Below, piece by piece: positions 38,832-48,798 of a stretch of DNA of 64,000 nt. The notes beneath the pieces were generated by a model. That model made no database searches, was not told the origin of the DNA, and saw nothing but the letters and a program-made list of their open reading frames with translations. The position numbers and the translations under genes were made by a program. The stretch lies in IMG/VR virus record IMGVR_UViG_3300005253_000946; one strand, given 5' to 3'. Position 1 is the stretch's first letter, and every line of letters starts with the position of its first letter. Origin of the DNA: a virus.

Positions 38832-39181
38832 ATCAAGCGATGTTAGAAGGGTTCTGTGATGAACTTATTAAAGAGTCTGGCTTAGCTGTTTGGGGTGCCA
38901 AGAAAGCTATAGGGATAGGATCTAAACTTCTTAAGGGTGTTGGTAAAGTTACTGGTGGAACTACTAGGGCAGTTACTGGCGCTCCTAAAAATATAGGTAA
39001 AGAAATGCTTAAAGATCCTGCCCGAGTTCTTAAACGTATGGGTAAACGTACTATGGGTGTAGGCATGGGAGGGTTGATAGGGATGGAAGGAATATCGGCA
39101 GCTCAAAAGGCTGGAAGAACTATTAAATCAGGGGCCAGGTATAGTGCCCCTCAACCGACTACGATCAGGAGATATCGATAA
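38828..39181 (+). CDS. leader-tagged small cationic Gly-rich protein
   Basis: MNQAMLEGFCDELIKES leader, then a K/R/G-rich core containing GVGMGGLIGMEG. Confidence 0.65.
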   Translation: MNQAMLEGFCDELIKESGLAVWGAKKAIGIGSKLLKGVGKVTGGTTRAVTGAPKNIGKEMLKDPARVLKRMGKRTMGVGMGGLIGMEGISAAQKAGRTIKSGARYSAPQPTTIRRYR

Positions 39182-39837
39182 TGCCAAAGATACCAACAGG
39201 TGGAGCATTTTCTAGGTTCTGGCAAGGATTTAAATCAGGCCCGAAAGCTGAAGTGGTTGGAACCGCCGCAGCACAAACGATGGCGACTATGCCAGCAGCT
39301 ATTATTGGTAGCATTCTCGGTGGTGGAGTTGTTGTTAGTGGCCAAGTTGCTGCCGAAAGTATTGGAGGAGCAATCCAAAAATCTAGATCCTATAAAGCTA
39401 TGCTCAATCATTCACCGGAGTTAGCTAAAAAGGTGAATCGTGATAAAGTCGAGAAGTATTTTAATTCTATTTGGAATTTTAATCCTCAAGTAGCTAGAGA
39501 CCCTATTGCATCTTCAGCTGCAGTAAAAAGGATGTTAGGTGTCCATGACGAAGAGCATCTAGAATTACTTACCGGTATGGGTAAGATGTATCAAGAGCCT
39601 AAACCATTTATGCATCCTGGGACACAGGCTATAATGTCCGGTACTTTAAGTGCGGGACTCGGAGCTTTTGTACCTAAATATAAAGACCTTCATCCAGCAC
39701 CAACAGGTGTGAGGAGACCAGAAAATTTTCCAGAAGATGCTACTCAGGTAAATCAGACTCGTCCTGGAGGTATGACTAAATCAGCTTCGGCACGAACTAG
39801 CTTCCTGTGCAACGTAGGTAAAGCTTTTAATGGATAA
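39181..39837 (+). CDS. hypothetical virion protein with Gly-rich hydrophobic segments
   Basis: AAIIGSILGGGVVVSG, ends KSASA; coupled to the protease gene. Confidence 0.6.
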   Translation: MPKIPTGGAFSRFWQGFKSGPKAEVVGTAAAQTMATMPAAIIGSILGGGVVVSGQVAAESIGGAIQKSRSYKAMLNHSPELAKKVNRDKVEKYFNSIWNFNPQVARDPIASSAAVKRMLGVHDEEHLELLTGMGKMYQEPKPFMHPGTQAIMSGTLSAGLGAFVPKYKDLHPAPTGVRRPENFPEDATQVNQTRPGGMTKSASARTSFLCNVGKAFNG

Positions 39838-41536
39838 ACGCCTCTTCTTCCCTTCTCGGATAGATGAGGAGGGAATGTATCAGTTATTTGTTACTGAGGT
39901 AGTGAACCCTGGAGATTTTTCTAAAGTTGCTACTGAATACGATCCTAAGATAGCTGCTTTAATTAAAGGTATTGTACCATCTCCAAGCTACACCTATGTT
40001 TTAGTAAATGCTTTAGGCGCTAGTGAGTTTTGGGGTTCGAATGTAAACGGGGATTCATTTCCTGAGAGAGGACTGGGTCACGAAGGTAATGGTTATGGAT
40101 ATAAAACATTCGAGTTATACGCTCGTCCATTCCCTCATCACCGTAACAAATCTGATGAGTTCGCTTTCGGAAAAGTTATGGCTTCTGTGTACAATACTCG
40201 TATGCATAGGGTCGAACTATTGCTGCAACTTGATGTTAAAAGGGCTAGGATTGTCGGTGCTGGTTATGTCATCAATAGGATACTTAAAGGAGAACTACCA
40301 GATGTCTCAATGGGCGCTAGAGTACCGTTTGATGTCTGCTCCATTTGCGGCCCCCCAATTGAGACTTTATGGGAATTACCAGTACAAGAAATCCTCAGAA
40401 GAGCTTACTTACCAAACAATAACCCACAAAAGTTCAACGGTATCGCCAAGCGATTCTCAGATTACTGCGAACACTTAAAAGGGTGTATAGGTAAGATATG
40501 GCACGACGGTAGAATTGTTACTGCTGTCAATATGTACCCGAAGTTTTTTGATATAAGTTTCGTCTTTATTGGTGCAGACTCTACTGCAAAAGTGTTACGA
40601 AAAGTAGCTACTGCAGGTCAACCTTTCTTTATGCCATCTGCTATGTTAGCTGAGCAGTTTGGTGTGTATAAAGGTCAAGAAAAGAGAGCAAACATCGGTA
40701 AAGTTGCTGAACTTATTAAAGATATTCCAGCTAAAGATGTACAAGTAATTAGGGGTACTTTGTCAAAAATGGACTCACTAACTTGTTGTGAGCCTGACAT
40801 AAATAAGAACACTCTTGACAATTTAAGTTCACAATTTCCTTTAAAGACTATTTTAGATTCTCTTGGGTACGGTGGTGTTCTAGTTAAACCTAGAGAGTTT
40901 CAAAGAATGGTGCTTGTTTCTAAAGGATATAAGGACGTTGCAGATGTTATGGATAGTAATAACGTTTGCTTTGATCCTCCAGCTAGAGATGAGTTACCCG
41001 CACCTACAAACAGTTCTTTAATACCTTCTTTTGATTCCTCTATTTTAGAATCCATTAAACAATTATTACCTCAAAGATCATTTTTTGGTCCAGCTTTAAA
41101 TAAGCGTGTGGTTGTTTTAAATATAAAGAAGGTAGCTCCTCCTTTAACTAAAACCGCATCATCAGATGTTCCGGACCAGTATAAACATATACTGGACGGA
41201 TTCTCTAAGATGTACGCCCAATACAGGTCGGACCTTATAAAGGTGGCGCATCTAGAGAGTATATCTAGACGCAACCCTTACTTGTTGGGTGCATTGGGTG
41301 TAGAGACTTCAGACGAACTTTGGAAGTTAGCTGCAGTAGGAGTTGACGCAAAAAAGGTTCCGTGGCAGGCTTTACTTGCTATTGTTCCTTTAACATATTT
41401 ATATGCTGCTCATTTAAAGAGAGCAGGTATTAAGAATAACGAGGAATTAAACGTGATACAGAAGTTTATTACTAACAATCCAAGTTTTACGTCAGCTACA
41501 TTATTTAATGTGAGCAAGGCGGCATTGAGGATTTAG
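39830..41536 (+). CDS. putative prohead maturation protease (HK97/assemblin fold) with C-terminal extension
   Basis: SNVNGDSF, PFPHHRNK (candidate His), HRVELL, DVSMGARVPFDVCSICG (candidate Ser), FFDISFV..GAD; lies upstream of scaffold-like genes and the capsid gene. Confidence 0.6.
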   Translation: MDKRLFFPSRIDEEGMYQLFVTEVVNPGDFSKVATEYDPKIAALIKGIVPSPSYTYVLVNALGASEFWGSNVNGDSFPERGLGHEGNGYGYKTFELYARPFPHHRNKSDEFAFGKVMASVYNTRMHRVELLLQLDVKRARIVGAGYVINRILKGELPDVSMGARVPFDVCSICGPPIETLWELPVQEILRRAYLPNNNPQKFNGIAKRFSDYCEHLKGCIGKIWHDGRIVTAVNMYPKFFDISFVFIGADSTAKVLRKVATAGQPFFMPSAMLAEQFGVYKGQEKRANIGKVAELIKDIPAKDVQVIRGTLSKMDSLTCCEPDINKNTLDNLSSQFPLKTILDSLGYGGVLVKPREFQRMVLVSKGYKDVADVMDSNNVCFDPPARDELPAPTNSSLIPSFDSSILESIKQLLPQRSFFGPALNKRVVVLNIKKVAPPLTKTASSDVPDQYKHILDGFSKMYAQYRSDLIKVAHLESISRRNPYLLGALGVETSDELWKLAAVGVDAKKVPWQALLAIVPLTYLYAAHLKRAGIKNNEELNVIQKFITNNPSFTSATLFNVSKAALRI

Positions 41537-41629
41537 TAATGAGTGTGTATCATGTGGATAGTTGTAAAGATTTGGCCTACACCCCTGGCCTTAAAAAACC
41601 AAACACAAGTTTTGTAGGAGAATAAAACA

Positions 41630-42382
41630 ATGAGTACTTTTCTAGACTCACTCTACCCAGACGGTGAAGGTCAAGATCAAGAAGATAATGATATGACCAA
41701 GCTAGCTCAATCAATTTTAGCTTTTGATGATAGTGAATCGACAGATGTTGATACTGACAACCCTCTAGAACTAGCTGACGCTGTTTTAGATAAAGTTGCT
41801 TCATCAGAAAATCCAGAAGACTTTGCCAAATATGCGGAAGCCGATATGGCTGGTCGTGTAATGGCACATTCATTCGTGCAAGAAATGACTAAGTTGGATC
41901 CCAGCCTAGCAAAAATGGCAGGATTTATCCCGGAAGATGCCGAGATCGCTGACTACAGTGAAGGTATTACTTTGGAAGATGTCGTCGAAGCCGAAGGTGA
42001 GTTAGTTAAAGCAGCTTCAGTTGCTGAGATTAACTTTGCGACCGGTGGTATCACTGAAGAAGATTATGTAAAAATCGCAGAGGCTTTAGAAGGTGAAGCA
42101 CTAGAAGTGTTAAACGCTAAAGCAGAACTTCTTGGTGTAGACCCGGAAGACCTTCTTCATAAAGAAGCTGCCGAAGAAAAAGACGAGAAAAAAATGTCTC
42201 CCGAAGAGTACAAAGCGTACATGGCGGAGATGAAGAAAAAGAAAGCCGGTAAAAAAGAAGGTCAAGAGAAGAAAGCTTCGGCTTATAATCTAACCGACTC
42301 CGAGGCTATCGGTGTTGTTAACGCTTTTATCGAAGCGGGTGGCGACCTCGAAGTGCTCAGAAAAGAAGCTTCCTTAGCTTAA
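41630..42382 (+). CDS. acidic scaffold-like protein
   Basis: Very D/E-rich and helical; KLAQ, KVAS, KMAG, KAAS, KIAE, KEAA, KKASA, KEAS; contains GRVMAHSFVQEMTKL. Confidence 0.5.
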   Translation: MSTFLDSLYPDGEGQDQEDNDMTKLAQSILAFDDSESTDVDTDNPLELADAVLDKVASSENPEDFAKYAEADMAGRVMAHSFVQEMTKLDPSLAKMAGFIPEDAEIADYSEGITLEDVVEAEGELVKAASVAEINFATGGITEEDYVKIAEALEGEALEVLNAKAELLGVDPEDLLHKEAAEEKDEKKMSPEEYKAYMAEMKKKKAGKKEGQEKKASAYNLTDSEAIGVVNAFIEAGGDLEVLRKEASLA

Positions 42383-42391
42383 GATAAATAA

Positions 42392-42426
42392 GTGTCGTCG
42401 GGGGAGATAACACTCCTCCGGCACAC
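42392..42426 (+). terminator. hairpin after the scaffold-like gene
   Basis: gtgtcgtcgggggag-ataaca-ctcctccggcacac. Confidence 0.45.
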
Positions 42427-42440
42427 TAAAAGAACTAATT

Positions 42441-43031
42441 ATGACTGAGCATGAATTAATAGGCTTCACTAAAGAAGCAGTACGCGGCCGGGTGCTAGAT
42501 ACTCCTGGTATGCGTGAGCGTGCGTTTCAGTTAGGAGAAGCTAGATCAGGTGGTCCCAGTAACTGGAGAGGTAGAAGAGCTACTAGAAAGCTTACTAAGG
42601 GCATCGAAAAAGATATCGGAGCTACTCAGAAGTCAGTAGCGTCTACGTATAGATCCGATATAAGAAAATTAAAGGCTCAACAAAGAGCCTCTAAAAATCT
42701 TGTACAGGTAGCTAATTTAGGGAAACAAATTAGAGAAAGATCTGTACAGCACCAAAAAAACCTGTCTGATGTAAGTAAGCAGTTTCATACAACTAAAGGT
42801 ACTTTTACAGGAAGAACTAAAATTCTCGATGTAACACCTGAACATAGAGTGAAACCGGGATCGGCAGCAGCTGGTGGTGCTGGTCGTGTTAAGCAAAAAT
42901 TAAAGTCTCTAGGGGTCAAAGGATTGATCGCTGGAGGTCTAGGTTTAGGAGCTTATTACGGAGGTAAGAAGTTACTAGGCAGTTCCAAGCAACCTAACTA
43001 CGGTGGTGGTAGAGCACCTACCTACTATTAA
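42441..43031 (+). CDS. leader-tagged cationic protein with C-terminal Gly zipper
   Basis: MTEHELIGFTKEA leader; R/K-rich; GVKGLIAGGLGLGAYYGG. Confidence 0.65.
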   Translation: MTEHELIGFTKEAVRGRVLDTPGMRERAFQLGEARSGGPSNWRGRRATRKLTKGIEKDIGATQKSVASTYRSDIRKLKAQQRASKNLVQVANLGKQIRERSVQHQKNLSDVSKQFHTTKGTFTGRTKILDVTPEHRVKPGSAAAGGAGRVKQKLKSLGVKGLIAGGLGLGAYYGGKKLLGSSKQPNYGGGRAPTYY

Positions 43032-43047
43032 GAGAGGAATTCGAACA

Positions 43048-43854
43048 ATGGGCTCATCTTTATTAGAAATTGTGAAAGCTACTTTGGAGCCAGACAGCTT
43101 CGAAAAGATAGCTACTACAATAAAAACACAATCTACAACTCCTGGAGTCTCTACTATAGAGAAGGTTGCGTCTGCTTTAGATTTTCTGGCTGATAACCTT
43201 AATATGGTTGAGAGAGCTGACGAAGTTGGAGCTGCTCTTTCTAAGGTAGCTATGGATGCTCCTGTCCCACCTACTAATAAAGGTGAGGCTGTTAGCCAAT
43301 TGGATACCAATAAAGCAGGTACCCAAGGTGAGCAACCTGGTAACAAACCTAAACCGCAAGCTACTACAGCTGTCGATGACACAGGTGTTGTAGAAGATAA
43401 CGAGAAAAAGAAAGCCGATAGTGCTACGGTTACTGTCAAGCAGGCTTCAGCCTACTCAGGCAACTCTACAACTCACGATCAAACAGCTCCTGTATCATCA
43501 GGCGTAGCTGGTTCACCTACTCAGAAGTCTAGCGAACAAGTAAGTGCTGTAGCTCCCGAGCCGTCAATTACTGACGGTCCACCGGCCTTTTTAAGTGAAG
43601 AAGAGCCTGTAGCAGATAAAACAAAGCCAAAAGATAAAGCTACTAAGAGCTTAGCCAGTAGTGCAGCAGTAGCCAGCACTGGCAAAAAAGTCAACGATGC
43701 CCAAGTTAAGTCTCAGATGGCCGGAATTTTAAAAGAACCGGCAGTTGGAGTACACGGGGATTCGGTTGTAAAAGCCAATCTTGGTACTATGAAAACAGCA
43801 GCCCAGCGCGTAGTCGAAAAAATCGACACAATGCGTGCTGGAGGACAACTATAA
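43048..43854 (+). CDS. low-complexity scaffold/core-like protein
   Basis: Start moved to MGSSLL at 43048 (GAGG RBS); EKIA, EKVAS, KVA, KQAS, KTAA. Confidence 0.55.
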   Translation: MGSSLLEIVKATLEPDSFEKIATTIKTQSTTPGVSTIEKVASALDFLADNLNMVERADEVGAALSKVAMDAPVPPTNKGEAVSQLDTNKAGTQGEQPGNKPKPQATTAVDDTGVVEDNEKKKADSATVTVKQASAYSGNSTTHDQTAPVSSGVAGSPTQKSSEQVSAVAPEPSITDGPPAFLSEEEPVADKTKPKDKATKSLASSAAVASTGKKVNDAQVKSQMAGILKEPAVGVHGDSVVKANLGTMKTAAQRVVEKIDTMRAGGQL

Positions 43855-43917
43855 TATAAGCTTCCTACACCATTAGGAACCCACAGGTTTTAGTCCACAA
43901 AGGATTTGGAGAAAACG

Positions 43918-44277
43918 ATGAAAAAGATCAGTTCGCAGAAAGCTTCAGCCCTACTGAAAGAAGCCGCTTCAACTATGCGTACTCTGTCAGCAGAGAACGT
44001 AGAGTTACGTGCCAAGCTGACGGACCACGAAAGTGTGGACCGTTTGTCTAAGCTGGCATCAAGCATGGTATCTAGAGGTTTGGCTGGAACACACGAAGAT
44101 GCTGTAGATGCATTAAAAGAGTCGCTCGATAAGGGTTCCTCAATAGATGTTCTAGAGCAGTCAGTCGAACTGCGTCCGGAGTTCACACCTCTAGGACAAA
44201 TTTCTTCGTTCTCCAAAGAGGCTAGTTCTGCTGGTGCCGAAGAGCCTGATGCTCTAACGGCGTTTTTAGTCTCGTAA
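43918..44277 (+). CDS. coiled-coil scaffold-like protein
   Basis: MKKISSQKASALLKEAAS...KLAS...KEASSA; GGAG RBS at 43918. Confidence 0.55.
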   Translation: MKKISSQKASALLKEAASTMRTLSAENVELRAKLTDHESVDRLSKLASSMVSRGLAGTHEDAVDALKESLDKGSSIDVLEQSVELRPEFTPLGQISSFSKEASSAGAEEPDALTAFLVS

Positions 44278-44326
44278 GAGATAAATCAGGTTCTAAACCA
44301 CTAACCCTTTTTTAGGAGTACAGACA

Positions 44327-44836
44327 ATGTTCGAGTTACGCAATCCTGTATTGTCCCTAAAGCGCCTGGATGCAATTGTCGGAGATCCGACCATCTTGGA
44401 AGCTAATGGAGCATTACGAAACGGAATGTGGCTTGGTCTGGACGCTGATTACAAGGCAGTGGTTCTTCTTGGCGCTAGCGATGTAGCTATAGCCCACCAG
44501 AACTACTACCAAGTATTCATGGAGTCCGGTCGCTCTGATTCTCAAGCAATCAGTAAAGTGACCCTTCTTCAACTAGGTTCATACGAAGCTGAGACAGACG
44601 AATTTGTAGACGACCCCAATGTCCGTGCAGCCGGTGCTGCCGAAGATCTTTATGATATCGGCGCACTTCTCACAGTAGTTACGGGTGGATACAAAACGTC
44701 TGGCGCACCGGTCACAACTGACCAACCGGGTGTTTTGACTACAGCTATTATCGGCACCGATGCCATTATAGGTTACGTCACAAAAGATCCGGCAAACAAT
44801 AACGGCAAGCTACGTTACATCTGTAACGTGCGATAA
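44327..44836 (+). CDS. putative capsid decoration/cement protein
   Basis: 169-aa beta-rich ORF immediately upstream of the major capsid gene. Confidence 0.5.
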   Translation: MFELRNPVLSLKRLDAIVGDPTILEANGALRNGMWLGLDADYKAVVLLGASDVAIAHQNYYQVFMESGRSDSQAISKVTLLQLGSYEAETDEFVDDPNVRAAGAAEDLYDIGALLTVVTGGYKTSGAPVTTDQPGVLTTAIIGTDAIIGYVTKDPANNNGKLRYICNVR

Positions 44837-44860
44837 CTGGAAAGAAAGGAGCCAATTATA

Positions 44861-45907
44861 ATGGAACTAAATGCTTCCCAGTTAAATGATCTGTTCATGC
44901 AAAAGCTGGACAGTGAGGATTCTCGTGAAAAGCTTGCCGCTGCTACGACATCGTATGTGCGCGACAAACTACGCGAGTCAGCATTTAACCGAAAGGTTAT
45001 TAACCCCCAAACGGTTACTAAAGACGATTGCCAAGTGTCTGTTAATCACGACACACTGGTTAAAATCGTTGAGATCGAGCCGAACAGTAAAGCGATGGCC
45101 ATCACCTTCCGAGGTGAAGCCGATTCGCGCTTCATCAGCGCCCCGCGTGTTGAATGCCCGTTTTTCTCCATCTCCTCGGAGAAATTCGAGAAAACTGAGC
45201 AAGAGCTTCTGGCGTACCAGATGCCTCTTACAAAGGTAATCGAAGAAAACACTGTTAAAGACATTGAAGAAATTGAAGACTTCTACTTCCTCAATTATAT
45301 TGAGGCAGCAGTCCGAAACTACACCAATCCTTTAACAGCTGCCAACAACATCTTTAAGCCAGCCCGTACATCATCGCTAGGTACAACTGAGTTGACACCT
45401 AACGTGAAGGCTGACTTCATCGAATGTAAGAAACTTTTGTCAGGTAGTCGTCGCCGTGCGCAACGCATCCTGATGACAGAGCCTGATTTCGATGATATCA
45501 CCGGTTATACCATTACGGATTTCGGTGACAAGATCGCGTCGGAAGTCATCGTAGATGGCTACAAGTACAACCTATTCCTGGGCATGGAGCTTATCCGTAC
45601 AATCAAGACTGACATCTTGAAACAGGGTAATATCTACTTCTTCACCCAGGAAGAGTTTCTCGGTAAGAGTTACGTCCTGAACAACACCAAGTTCTATATC
45701 GACAAAGTCGGTAATCTTATTACTTGGTGGGCATGGGAAGATATTGGCATGATCATCGTTAATGTAGCTTCGATCTCTAAGATGGAGCTTTACAAAGGCG
45801 ATCCGACTCTTGCTGGTAACCGTCCTGCAGTCGGTCTTGCTCTTGAAGATGAACTGGGTGGTACTTACGTTGAGCCTGATCAGGTTCAGCCGCTGGTCAC
45901 CTTTTAA
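44861..45907 (+). CDS. major capsid protein (HK97 fold)
   Basis: 348 aa; follows protease, scaffold and decoration genes; AAGGAG RBS and a terminator downstream; N-terminal REKLAAATTSYVRDKLRE. Confidence 0.75.
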   Translation: MELNASQLNDLFMQKLDSEDSREKLAAATTSYVRDKLRESAFNRKVINPQTVTKDDCQVSVNHDTLVKIVEIEPNSKAMAITFRGEADSRFISAPRVECPFFSISSEKFEKTEQELLAYQMPLTKVIEENTVKDIEEIEDFYFLNYIEAAVRNYTNPLTAANNIFKPARTSSLGTTELTPNVKADFIECKKLLSGSRRRAQRILMTEPDFDDITGYTITDFGDKIASEVIVDGYKYNLFLGMELIRTIKTDILKQGNIYFFTQEEFLGKSYVLNNTKFYIDKVGNLITWWAWEDIGMIIVNVASISKMELYKGDPTLAGNRPAVGLALEDELGGTYVEPDQVQPLVTF

Positions 45908-45924
45908 TCTGACTTAGCAACCTA

Positions 45925-45955
45925 AGTAGGGAGGTCCTAACCGGGCCTCCCTACT
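45925..45955 (+). terminator. hairpin after the major capsid gene
   Basis: agtagggagg-tcctaaccggg-cctccctact. Confidence 0.6.
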
Positions 45956-45969
45956 CGAAGGACTTTAGA

Positions 45970-46443
45970 ATGAAAATTTCAGTTCGTAATATTTCCGGTA
46001 CAGCTGCTTCGAATAAACCTTTTGAGAGTATTCAGTTAGGCAGCATGATGAAATTAGCTCCCTCTAGGGAGTTTGCTTTTGATGTTGAGTCTTTAGGGCT
46101 TGTCTCTTATGGATTGTTAGAGGGTTTAAAAGCTGACGTTGCAGTAGTCAGTGTAGATGGGACTGTACTATCTACAGAAGATGCAGTAACTTTTATCAAA
46201 TCTGGTGGCAAAAAATTACTTAAAGTTAAAAAAGAACCAGAACCTATAGTAGAGCCAAAAGTCGAAGAAAAGACTGTAGAAGCTCCTAAAGAAGAAGAGA
46301 AAAAACCTTCAATAGTCGATAAGATCGTTAAGGCTGTCAAAAAAGACAAGCCTAAAAAAGCAGCTAAAGATAAGAAGTCTAAAAAGGCTGTAGAAGAAAC
46401 ACCCAAAAAGAAGAAGAAAACTCGTAAGAAAAAGGATAAGTAA
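45970..46443 (+). CDS. hypothetical protein with Lys-rich C-terminal tail
   Basis: Ends KKDKPKKAAKDKKSKK...KKKKKTRKKKDK. Confidence 0.65.
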   Translation: MKISVRNISGTAASNKPFESIQLGSMMKLAPSREFAFDVESLGLVSYGLLEGLKADVAVVSVDGTVLSTEDAVTFIKSGGKKLLKVKKEPEPIVEPKVEEKTVEAPKEEEKKPSIVDKIVKAVKKDKPKKAAKDKKSKKAVEETPKKKKKTRKKKDK

Positions 46444-47012
46444 TGGTCACCTTGTCCAGACGGATATATCGAGTAACTAATTTAACAGATCAACCACGGA
46501 CTATAAATGGGATCCCTAAGATAGTTCGTACCGGTGTTTCTGTCGGACCTTTTGTTTTAAGGCCCGGTTTTTTTGTTGATGTAGAGGACTCAATTCTTAC
46601 ACCAGGTTTACGTCGACATCAAAAGAATAAGGTTGTATCTTTTTTCCGTATGATTTCTGTTGAATACGACAGACCTACTACTAATAAAACTGTTCGTAGA
46701 GCAGCTACTACTCCTCCACCAGCCCCAGCTCCTCTTAAAGAAGAGGTAGTAGAAGAACCTGTAGTACAAGAAGAGCCTGTTGAGGAAGAAGAATCGGTAG
46801 TGGAAGAGGAAGTAACTGAAGACTCTGAAGAAGTTGTTGAAGAAGAAGAGATCTCTTCTATCAGCCTTAACGATATTACCGATTTAAATAGAGAAGAGTT
46901 ACTTCAACTCTGCGAAGAGTTTGATATTAAGACTCGCTCTGATATAAAGACCAAAACTCTTCGCAAGAAGGTTAAAGCCTACTTAAGCGAGAACACACAA
47001 ACCGATGAGTAG
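46443..47012 (+). CDS. protein with C-terminal Rho-N/HeH-like helical domain
   Basis: Acidic linker then DITDLNREELLQLCEEFDIKTRSDIKTKTLRKKV. Confidence 0.5.
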   Translation: MVTLSRRIYRVTNLTDQPRTINGIPKIVRTGVSVGPFVLRPGFFVDVEDSILTPGLRRHQKNKVVSFFRMISVEYDRPTTNKTVRRAATTPPPAPAPLKEEVVEEPVVQEEPVEEEESVVEEEVTEDSEEVVEEEEISSISLNDITDLNREELLQLCEEFDIKTRSDIKTKTLRKKVKAYLSENTQTDE

Positions 47013-47020
47013 TGTAGAAA

Positions 47021-47548
47021 ATGCCAAACATTGTTACCACCATAGAAGCCTTTACAGAAGAGGTTCGGAGGTATCTTAGAGACTACCCCGAACTTAACCG
47101 CCTTATTAAAGGGGAAGAGCATAAAGATATCGATATTGCTATCTCTATGAAGGATGCAGCTGGCGATTATAATATGACTCCACCGTTTATCGGTGACCTC
47201 CAACCAAACAAAATACCTACTAGATACCTAACCAACTTCAAGTTAGGTACTATCATACATCTTCTACAAAGCGTTACGCTTTTAAATATTCGTAACCGCC
47301 TCACGTACAACGATGGTGGAGTACATGTGGGTATTTTTGATAAGCAGCCGGATATCCAGAACTGGATCGGTATGATTAAGCCTCAGTATATGAAGACTCT
47401 TGATCGTTACAAAGTGTCTCTCAATTTAGAACAAGCCTATGGTGGAGTACATTCAGAATACTACATCATCAATAACTACTACGATGTTGGTGAGATATCT
47501 CTTCTAGGTAACACTTCCAATATCGGAACAGGCGGCGGCGTTGAGTGA
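47021..47548 (+). CDS. putative head-tail adaptor (neck 1)
   Basis: 175-aa helical ORF shortly after the capsid gene; assignment mainly positional. Confidence 0.5.
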   Translation: MPNIVTTIEAFTEEVRRYLRDYPELNRLIKGEEHKDIDIAISMKDAAGDYNMTPPFIGDLQPNKIPTRYLTNFKLGTIIHLLQSVTLLNIRNRLTYNDGGVHVGIFDKQPDIQNWIGMIKPQYMKTLDRYKVSLNLEQAYGGVHSEYYIINNYYDVGEISLLGNTSNIGTGGGVE

Positions 47549-48417
47549 TGGAATGCAGTTTCTCAAATGTTGGTTATGAGATCACTAAGTTGGCTGATAA
47601 TCATACGATCAAAGCTCAGACAGACAACAGTTTCCGGGATACTAGAAATATTATGCTTGGCAGGCAGTTAGGTGCCAGTGCTATGGCTATAGGAGGTGTT
47701 GCAGGAGTAGGAACTAGTCTCCTTTCCCGTAAAGCAGACGAACTACTAGTTTCTAAAGTCACCAAAGAGTTGGTTAAGGACGAAGCAGCTAAAGCTTCCT
47801 CAGTTATTGCAGAGATGTTAAATCAATATGGATTGTCTGATATCCTTAAAAATCCTGAATCATCTATCGAAGTAGGTAGATCTGCAGGATCAGGACAGAC
47901 CTCTATTTATCTTGATTTAGATCCCCGAAAACCACAAAGGTCTGTAGCTAAATTCGCAATTACTGATACAGGCAAGTTTGCTCCTGCACATGAGGTTGGG
48001 CACGTGGTTGGTGAACAACGTTCCTTACTTCATAAATGGCGTGGTAAATTAACTAGGGGTCAGAGTAGAAATCTGACTCAAGCATTATCTCGTGCAAATA
48101 GAGCTGCCTATTTAGCTGGTATAGGTGGTGGTCTTATAGCAATGTCAACAGACAACGAGTACGCGGCTCCTGCCTTAGTTGCAGCCCCATTTTTACCTCA
48201 ATTATATAATGAAGCAAGAGCCAGTGCTTATGGGTTAAACTATCTCAAGAAAAAGCATGGTTTAAAGTCTATGTTAAAAGGATTAGTGCCAGCTACTACA
48301 GCAATCTCTACTTATGCTGCTATGCCTTTGTCTTTAGCTATAGCTTTTTTAGCAGCAGGGAAGTTAAAGAAAAAGATTAAACATAAACCACCAGTTAAAA
48401 AGGGTGATAAAAAATGA
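47545..48417 (+). CDS. leader-tagged Zn metallopeptidase (HEXXH...E) with hydrophobic segments
   Basis: YEITKLA leader; APAHEVGH; LYNEARAS as third ligand; Gly-rich predicted membrane helices. Confidence 0.6.
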   Translation: MMECSFSNVGYEITKLADNHTIKAQTDNSFRDTRNIMLGRQLGASAMAIGGVAGVGTSLLSRKADELLVSKVTKELVKDEAAKASSVIAEMLNQYGLSDILKNPESSIEVGRSAGSGQTSIYLDLDPRKPQRSVAKFAITDTGKFAPAHEVGHVVGEQRSLLHKWRGKLTRGQSRNLTQALSRANRAAYLAGIGGGLIAMSTDNEYAAPALVAAPFLPQLYNEARASAYGLNYLKKKHGLKSMLKGLVPATTAISTYAAMPLSLAIAFLAAGKLKKKIKHKPPVKKGDKK

Positions 48418-48788
48418 GTCTATTCCAACCTAAATCGAAGAAGAAAAAGAAACCGAGTCTGCAAAGCACTGTACAAAAAGTGCGTATGCAAGAGCAGCGA
48501 GAATCAATGGCACCTACGTTTATTTTTAAGCGTACCATTATAAAGGTTGTAGACGGCCAAGGAAGGTTTAGGTATTATGATGCGAAGACCGGAGAGAAGG
48601 TCTCAGCAAGTCATAAAGAGGCAACTGGTGTACTAAAGTTCTCTCCTGCCGGTGAAACGGCAGCAAAGAAAGGTGTAGGTCTTGCTGACTTATTACAAAG
48701 AGGTCAGGTAACATACTCTGGAGATTTGAAAGCAATCGTAACACTAGGCTCTAAAAGAACTTTAACAGCTTTAGTAGCATTTTCTTAA
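48414..48788 (+). CDS. basic hypothetical protein
   Basis: 124 aa, K-rich N-terminus. Confidence 0.6.
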   Translation: MSLFQPKSKKKKKPSLQSTVQKVRMQEQRESMAPTFIFKRTIIKVVDGQGRFRYYDAKTGEKVSASHKEATGVLKFSPAGETAAKKGVGLADLLQRGQVTYSGDLKAIVTLGSKRTLTALVAFS

Positions 48789-48798
48789 GGACAAACCA

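Noticed and set aside
42975-43439. Antisense ORFs of 60-180 aa here and throughout the track (e.g. 22087-22569, 25867-26409, 941-1255)
   Set aside because: They lie fully opposite well-supported genes, show mirror composition, and have no RBS or motifs
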